Shown here: piece after piece, positions 26,359 to 32,000 of the stretch
Numbering within the stretch: position 1 is the stretch's first letter
Layout: the number at the start of each line of letters is the position of its first letter
NCBI GenBank assembly: GCA_003144275.1
Contig: NJBF01000021.1
Location: 30,001-62,000 of the forward strand
DNA: 32,000 bases
Direction of reading: 5' to 3'
Source of the DNA: Candidatus Heimdallarchaeota archaeon B3_Heim
Lineage (GTDB): Archaea; Asgardarchaeota; Heimdallarchaeia; Hodarchaeales; Hodarchaeaceae
Translations under genes and position numbers: made by a program
The notes under the pieces: model-generated
The model's database searches: none
What the model was told of the DNA's origin: nothing
The model's input: only the letters and a program-made list of their open reading frames with translations

Positions 26359-28203
26359 ATGTCCAATGGGTTTCATAATCGAATGGTTCGGATCAATCTT
26401 TCCACAAATCAAATAAAAACGGAAACTTTGCCAGTAAATGCCGTTAAGAATTTTATGGGTGGGAAAGGGCTAGGTGCATTCATTTTAACAAACGAGCTTG
26501 ATTCAGGAATTGATCCTCTAGGACCTGAAAATAAAATAATCGTTACCACGGGTCCACTCCAAGGATCAGTTGTACCTATTTGTGGACGTTATTGCATAGT
26601 GACAAAATCTCCTCTTACTGGATTATTTTTAGATTCTCATGCTGGAGGATATATTGGTCCTGAGTTAAAATTTGCCGGTTGGGATGCAATTGTCATTGAA
26701 GGAGTAGCAAAGTCACCTTGTTTTCTCTCAATTATCGATGATGATATTCAACTCAAAGATGGGGAACATCTCAAAGGTTTAACAACTCTAGATAAAGAAT
26801 TTGCCCTCAAAGAAGAGCTAGGAGAATCCAGGGCGAGAATAATGTCAATTGGGCCTGCAGGGGAAAATCTCGTTAAGTTTGCATGCGTTACAAGTGATAG
26901 TTTTAGAAATATTGGTCGAGGTGGGGTAGGAGCTGTGTTTGGCAGTAAAAACTTACTTGCTATTGCAATAAAAGGATCCAACAAAAATCTACCAGTTGCT
27001 AACGAAGAAAAATTAAAGCAATTAGCGAAGAATCTTCGTGAAAGAGCAGCAAAAGGAAGAGAGGTCGATCATTGGATTTATCAGGTTGGTACTCCTGCGT
27101 TGGTGAATTTTGCATCTCAAGGTGACCAGATACCCGTCAGAAATTTCCAGTTCGGGACTGTAGAGAATCCTGAAGAATTTGGACGAGAAGCCGTAGAAGC
27201 TCATAAAACTAGAAAAATCCCTTGTTATAAGTGTGTAATACAATGTGCTCATGTATTTAGTGATGATTATTCCTTTAAAGATCATAAATATCATATTGCT
27301 GCAGTTCCTGAGTACGAAACGTTAGGTTTGATTGGTACAAACTGTGATGTAAAATTTGAAACCGTTGTTGAAGCAAACTATCTCCTAAATAAGCTTGGTC
27401 TTGATTCAATAAGTGCAGGGAGTGTTTGTGCTTTTTTCATGGAATGTTCGGAAAAAGGACTAGTACCAACCGAATATACAGAAGAAAAGATCATGTTTGG
27501 TGATGAAAAGGGACTTCTGTCATTAATCCATAAGATTGCGTATCGTGAGGGTGTAGGTGAGCTATTAGCTGAAGGAACCAGGAAAACTGCAGAAGTATTC
27601 GGCCATGATTCCCATAAATTTGCTATAAATGTCAAAGGATTAGATATGGCTGCGTGGGATCCAAGAGGAAAGTTAGCTTTGGGTTTGAGTTACGCTACGG
27701 CAGCTGTAGGTGCTTCCCACCTACGTGGATGGCCTTCAACGTCCAAATTACCCAAAGATGAAGAAGTTTCACCTGAGATAGTCCGAACGCTGATTGAGAG
27801 TACTGACCTAAAGCTAGTTAAGGATTCACTTATTATCTGCCACTTTACTCATTCCATTATACCTGCACTTGATATTAAAGATACTCAAGCACTTTATGAG
27901 GCTGTTACTGGCTCTTCTACTAATGTTGTAGAGATTGCACAAAATATTTGGAGTTTAACGCGGTATTTCAACATGCGTGAGTTTATGATTCATAAAAATC
28001 CCGCAGGTGTTTATGATACACTCCCCCACCGAATTTTAAATGAACCCCTTCCAACAGGAAGTGCTGCAGGATCAAAAGCGTTCATTTCGAAAGAAGATTT
28101 CCAGCAAGGATTAAAATATTTATATGATATGAGACGTTGTAAAGATGATGGGGATCTCACTGATATTGAAGTTACGAGAATCAAGAATCTTGTTGGAATT
28201 TAA
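26359..28203 (+). CDS. aor: Aldehyde:ferredoxin oxidoreductase (W/Mo-bis-pterin, AOR family)
   Basis: FMGGKGLG, DPLGPEN, KSPLTG, IGPAGENLV.FA, GRGGVGAVFGSKNL, [4Fe-4S] CYKCVIQC plus SLIICHF, EYET, GLDSIS, DPRG. Confidence 0.95.
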   Translation: MSNGFHNRMVRINLSTNQIKTETLPVNAVKNFMGGKGLGAFILTNELDSGIDPLGPENKIIVTTGPLQGSVVPICGRYCIVTKSPLTGLFLDSHAGGYIGPELKFAGWDAIVIEGVAKSPCFLSIIDDDIQLKDGEHLKGLTTLDKEFALKEELGESRARIMSIGPAGENLVKFACVTSDSFRNIGRGGVGAVFGSKNLLAIAIKGSNKNLPVANEEKLKQLAKNLRERAAKGREVDHWIYQVGTPALVNFASQGDQIPVRNFQFGTVENPEEFGREAVEAHKTRKIPCYKCVIQCAHVFSDDYSFKDHKYHIAAVPEYETLGLIGTNCDVKFETVVEANYLLNKLGLDSISAGSVCAFFMECSEKGLVPTEYTEEKIMFGDEKGLLSLIHKIAYREGVGELLAEGTRKTAEVFGHDSHKFAINVKGLDMAAWDPRGKLALGLSYATAAVGASHLRGWPSTSKLPKDEEVSPEIVRTLIESTDLKLVKDSLIICHFTHSIIPALDIKDTQALYEAVTGSSTNVVEIAQNIWSLTRYFNMREFMIHKNPAGVYDTLPHRILNEPLPTGSAAGSKAFISKEDFQQGLKYLYDMRRCKDDGDLTDIEVTRIKNLVGI

Positions 28204-28205
28204 TT

Positions 28206-30608
28206 TTGATATTCGAACAATCCAATTTGAGTGATGTAGAAAGAAATTTCCTTGATAATGGTCTAAGCTTGATATCTGATAGTGCTGATCAGGATGAACC
28301 CATATTAGAAAAAATGATTGCATATATTATCTCATTGACCCTTCTTGCAGAAGCGAAATCTTCAGAATCCTCCATTTTTGACAATATTCAAAAATTACCT
28401 TCAGTAATATGCACAGTAGATCTCCTTGATCGAATTTTTGAATTTTCTGAGTTTACTAGGAGACGTGGTGACATAACAAAGAAACTTATGCAGTTTATTA
28501 AAGCAGAGAAACATATCAATGCGATAAAAATCGATAAAGAGAAACTCCTTCATCTCCACAATCTGGTTCCTTTTAGTCGTCATGACTGTTCATTTAATTT
28601 AAATCTCGGATCTCGCTTGTTATCTCTGGTAGTTGAGAATTTATCAGTCTCTTCTTGGATGAAGAAAAAGAGAGGGACATATTACACACTTCCCACTGAT
28701 GCAGATTTAATTTCTCTGTTGTCTAGCTACAGATTTTTACAACAATTAGCTCGAAAAACGACAGATGAAGATCTTTTAAGTTTATTAATATCAAAAACCG
28801 CTAAAAAGTCGAATTTATTCATACATTCAGGTTTTCCTTCTGAAATAACCATTCTTGATCCTACATGTGGTTCAGGAACCTTTTTAGTACAAATTGCACA
28901 ACTTTTGGGGGAATTAGGGATTAAAACTGGTAGAAGTTTGAAAATATCATTGTGGGGAATGGATCTTGATCCAATCGCAATAATGGTTACTCAATTGCGA
29001 TTATTTTTCCTAGAGTTTCTCTTTGACGCGAAACTTGGGTCACATTCAATTCAAATTACTACTTCTTTGTCATGTGGAGATTTTTTAACTGAAAAATTTG
29101 ATCAGAAATTTGACTTGATAGTTGGCAATCCCCCCTATGTACGACATGAGGACATTGGAATAAAAAATTCCCCAGATTATAAAAAATCTCTTCAGCAAAA
29201 GTTTTCAGACTTTTTGGAGCCCAACATCAGACTAGATCGTAAAAGCGATTATCTGATATATTTTTGCTTAAAAAGTATAAGTCTCTTGAGTTCTAAAGGA
29301 GTCTTAGCCTTTTTAACTTCAAATGCTTGGCTTGAAGTGAAGTATGGAAAAACCTTGCAAGATCAATTAATAGCTTTATTGGCGGTAAATAAGTTATCGA
29401 CTTGTGAAATCATACATCAAGCAGGTTCAAGATTTTGGAAACAACTAGGTATAAATTCAGTCATCTTTCTAGCTTCGAAGAAGGTTAAGAAAGGTGTCTT
29501 AAGCAATAGAATATTTTTTACTGAGTCAGTAAAAACATTAAACCAAGTTCCAATAGCTTCTTTAAAGAATGGGGTCATATTTTGTAGGGAATATTCTTCT
29601 GAGAATTATCGAACTGAAGCTATTTCAATAGCAGAATTGAAATCTACACATAAATGGGCAGGTACTTTCTTAAGAGCATCTAAAGAAGAGCGAGGGATTT
29701 TACAAAAAATTGACGCACAAGGATCCCCTCTCTCAAGGCTAGCGAATGTACAATTTGGGATTAAGACAGGTGCAAATGATTTCTTTCATGTATCAGTGGA
29801 AAAATTAAATGAGAAGAAAAGTTCAGTAGAAATAAAAAGTAGATCTAATTTTAGAGGGAGGATAGAGTCTGAATTTCTTTTCCCTTTGGTTAAAAGTCCC
29901 GCTGAATGCAAAGGTTATGTAATTCCACCCAAATTTACCCCTAAAGTCTGGCTATTCAACTGTCAAAAGCCATTGGACCAATTAAAGCGTACAGGTGCTC
30001 TGACGTATATACAATGGGGTGAGAGCAATCAAGTACCAATTAAACAAGGAAGAAGAATGGGTTCAACCGTAAAAGGGTTTCACTTATTGAGAAGTTTAAG
30101 TCAAAGAGATCCGTGGTATGCCTTACCTACCTTTTCGATTCCTGATCTGGTATGGATCAAAAGTTATCATGATAAACCAGGGTGTTTATTAAATCGAGCA
30201 AAATTTTTACCAGATCAGCGGTTTTATGGTATAACTGTAAATGATTCTAAGGATATTCCAGTTATTTTTGCTTATCTCAACAGTAGTTTTGTCTGGGCCC
30301 AGATGGAGCAAGCTGGAAATACAAATATGGGTTTTGGAGTATTAGATACTAATGTATACTGGTTGAAGTCAGTGAGAATTCCAACGAACCTGACATTGAA
30401 ACAAAACCAAGATTTAACATCTCTTTATAACGATTTAATAAATGAAACATCTAGAACATCGATCACCACGGTTTCTTATTTACGTGAGCAGATCGATAAG
30501 TTTTTTGCTATGTTATTAGGTATATCCGATGAAGAACTTAGCATCATATTCCAGTTTATCCAGAGAAGTGTGGATAATCGTCTCAAAGGGAATACGAAAG
30601 ATAATTAA
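28206..30608 (+). CDS. N6-adenine DNA methyltransferase, Eco57I/TaqI-like (gamma class) with target-recognition domain
   Basis: Motif X RGTYYT, motif I ILDPTCGSGTFL, motif II GMDLD, motif IV GNPPYVRHE, FLTSNAWL and FGIKTGANDFF. No nuclease motif recognised. TTG start. Confidence 0.88.
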   Translation: MIFEQSNLSDVERNFLDNGLSLISDSADQDEPILEKMIAYIISLTLLAEAKSSESSIFDNIQKLPSVICTVDLLDRIFEFSEFTRRRGDITKKLMQFIKAEKHINAIKIDKEKLLHLHNLVPFSRHDCSFNLNLGSRLLSLVVENLSVSSWMKKKRGTYYTLPTDADLISLLSSYRFLQQLARKTTDEDLLSLLISKTAKKSNLFIHSGFPSEITILDPTCGSGTFLVQIAQLLGELGIKTGRSLKISLWGMDLDPIAIMVTQLRLFFLEFLFDAKLGSHSIQITTSLSCGDFLTEKFDQKFDLIVGNPPYVRHEDIGIKNSPDYKKSLQQKFSDFLEPNIRLDRKSDYLIYFCLKSISLLSSKGVLAFLTSNAWLEVKYGKTLQDQLIALLAVNKLSTCEIIHQAGSRFWKQLGINSVIFLASKKVKKGVLSNRIFFTESVKTLNQVPIASLKNGVIFCREYSSENYRTEAISIAELKSTHKWAGTFLRASKEERGILQKIDAQGSPLSRLANVQFGIKTGANDFFHVSVEKLNEKKSSVEIKSRSNFRGRIESEFLFPLVKSPAECKGYVIPPKFTPKVWLFNCQKPLDQLKRTGALTYIQWGESNQVPIKQGRRMGSTVKGFHLLRSLSQRDPWYALPTFSIPDLVWIKSYHDKPGCLLNRAKFLPDQRFYGITVNDSKDIPVIFAYLNSSFVWAQMEQAGNTNMGFGVLDTNVYWLKSVRIPTNLTLKQNQDLTSLYNDLINETSRTSITTVSYLREQIDKFFAMLLGISDEELSIIFQFIQRSVDNRLKGNTKDN

Positions 30609-30655
30609 AGATTCATCTCAGGTTGTTTCATGCTAAGTAAGGGTGTACTCTACTC

Positions 30656-31324
30656 GTGACTGTCACTACATTATCCTTTAGAGAAGTTATTGATCAGCTT
30701 GTTCGACAACAGTTCTTTATTGAACCAAATATCATCACTGATCGAACTTATTCACTGCAGTTTGAGGTGGAAGGGTCAGAACAAATACTGAACTATTTTG
30801 CTAATTTTCTGTTTGACCATAGTAAAGATCTTTTCGGTACCGATCCTTCTCAATATTTAGCAGTGTTGAATCGCACCGGTAAGAAATTATCAATAAATCC
30901 CTTGGACAAACTCAAAACACGGTTCAATGAAAAAATTGGCAGTTTCATTGAAGGGGGTCGAGGAACAGAAACAGAATCAGAAACAGAGACAATTCTATTC
31001 ATCGCAACTATCTCTTCAATTCTGGAAGTACTCGATCATTGTCATTATCAAACTTTGCTCAAAGAGTTATCTTCTCTCTATTATCACCAATGCGTTAGTA
31101 ATTCCACCACTCAAGAGTATGACGACCAAGCTAAGAATCTGGATGATGGGATAAAGCGCTTAAGCGAAGCGGCCGAGCCTAAACTCTCACTTATTCAAAA
31201 TGTTATCAAATTAAAGAGCTTAGCGTCAATTTTTGATATCACAGACCTTATCTCCTATGACAAACGTCAACTTATGGATATCCAATCGGATATCATAAGG
31301 AAAGTTATTACCGGAAGTTATTGA
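30656..31324 (+). CDS. Hypothetical helical protein
   Basis: 222-aa ORF with a GTG start preceded by GGGTG. No recognisable motif. Confidence 0.65.
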   Translation: MTVTTLSFREVIDQLVRQQFFIEPNIITDRTYSLQFEVEGSEQILNYFANFLFDHSKDLFGTDPSQYLAVLNRTGKKLSINPLDKLKTRFNEKIGSFIEGGRGTETESETETILFIATISSILEVLDHCHYQTLLKELSSLYYHQCVSNSTTQEYDDQAKNLDDGIKRLSEAAEPKLSLIQNVIKLKSLASIFDITDLISYDKRQLMDIQSDIIRKVITGSY

Positions 31325-31375
31325 CCTCTTACATTTTTCAAAAAAAGTTAAAAACTTGATTATTGTACTTATAGT

Positions 31376-31386
31376 AAGTTTATATA
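31376..31386 (+). promoter_or_regulatory. Archaeal TATA box (probably leaderless transcript)
   Basis: AAG-TTTATATA ending 22 nt before the ATG at 31409. Confidence 0.55.
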
Positions 31387-31408
31387 TAACTATTCAAGGG
31401 TTTTAAAC

Positions 31409-32000
31409 ATGTTTGAAATTGTAGTGGAATTACTAGGGATTATTGTTCTGGTAGCTGGACTAATTGGCGTTGCGTACGGACTCAATAAATTTACGAAGTC
31501 GAAAGGACATGAATCTGGTTTCTTAAAGTTTTTAGCTTTAGCTACTTCGATTGTGATTGGAATTGTAAACATACTAGCTATTTATGAGGGTTTCATTGTT
31601 CACGTTGGTCCAGATGAAATTGTAAATTGGTTAACAGTGGTACTGATTTTCTTAGCAGGAATGTCGATGCTAGCTGACCCTCTAAAAGAAACTCCATTAG
31701 CAGCTATAATCTCTATGATAACTTTAGGCGCATTAGCAGGACTTCTGTTACTGTTTGCCGAAATAGAAGAAGGAGGATCAACTGATATTAACCTTTTTGA
31801 TATAATAACTCTTCCTATGTGGTTGGTTATACTAGGCATTGTTGTGATCGTTGGAATCGTATTCGTTGCGAGTTTCTTCACAGAATTTACAGTAGATAGA
31901 ATTTTACAACTTATTAGTTGGAGTCCTATTATTATTGTATTTAGCGCTCTTCTCCTTATTCAGGGATTATTAATGCTTGTCTTAGAAGAACCTGCAGGTA
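31409..32000 (+). CDS. Multi-pass membrane protein, partial (runs off the window end; absent from the ORF track)
   Basis: Manual translation MFEIVVELLGIIVLVAGLIGVAYG...NWLTVVLIFLAGMSMLADPLKETPLAA...LEEPAG is open to the window end, with about 6 TM helices. Confidence 0.8.
   Translation, partial: MFEIVVELLGIIVLVAGLIGVAYGLNKFTKSKGHESGFLKFLALATSIVIGIVNILAIYEGFIVHVGPDEIVNWLTVVLIFLAGMSMLADPLKETPLAAIISMITLGALAGLLLLFAEIEEGGSTDINLFDIITLPMWLVILGIVVIVGIVFVASFFTEFTVDRILQLISWSPIIIVFSALLLIQGLLMLVLEEPAG

Noticed and set aside
28206-31324. The MTase region as a complete R-M, BREX or DISARM defence island or mobile element.
   Set aside because: No nuclease, helicase, PglZ, integrase or flanking repeats were recognised.
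1775-31881. About 30 short ORF-track entries overlapping larger genes (e.g. 5934-6158, 12199-12528, 22872-23195, 25790-26080, 31600-31881).
   Set aside because: They are antisense or alternative-frame shadows of well-supported genes and carry no motifs of their own.
1-32000. Apparent abundance of GATC as a hint to the MTase target.
   Set aside because: Only an impression from reading; it needs a computed k-mer bias and methylome data, and the enzyme is not Dam-like.
1-32000. CRISPR arrays, rRNA/tRNA genes and IS transposases.
   Set aside because: No regularly spaced direct repeats, RNA-gene consensus or DDE/HUH transposase motifs were found; the intergenic gaps are all under about 310 nt.

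Overview
AT-rich archaeal chromosomal window with no rRNA, tRNA, CRISPR array or transposase that I can see. An archaeal origin is supported by an archaeal/eukaryote-type ProRS, NucS, a tungsten AOR, GGTGA/GAGGT ribosome-binding sites, TATA boxes and a PGF-CTERM tail. A Roadblock/LC7 protein suggests an Asgard (Heimdallarchaeia-like) host, which is inference only. Gene order: M14 deacylase; AMACR-like CoA-transferase; Opp/Dpp ABC operon with an Ig-like accessory membrane protein and its binding protein; proS and a Nudix hydrolase; sirtuin; class II CCA-type nucleotidyltransferase coupled to an SPL-like radical SAM protein; isocitrate/isopropylmalate dehydrogenase-family enzyme; LolD/FtsX-type ABC pair; MFS transporter; zinc-ribbon protein; truncated porB; Roadblock, nucS and a dipeptidase; AOR, an orphan N6-adenine methyltransferase and two hypothetical genes. 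Four observations stand out. (1) The family-5 solute-binding protein is circularly permuted and C-terminally anchored. (2) The radical SAM protein carries a PolX-N-like helical domain and PIP-box-like motifs, suggesting a PCNA-tethered DNA-repair enzyme. (3) A bacterial/eukaryote-type class II CCA enzyme occurs in an archaeon and overlaps that gene. (4) An 84-bp cloverleaf-like element with 13-bp perfect terminal inverted repeats lies between the Nudix and sirtuin genes.
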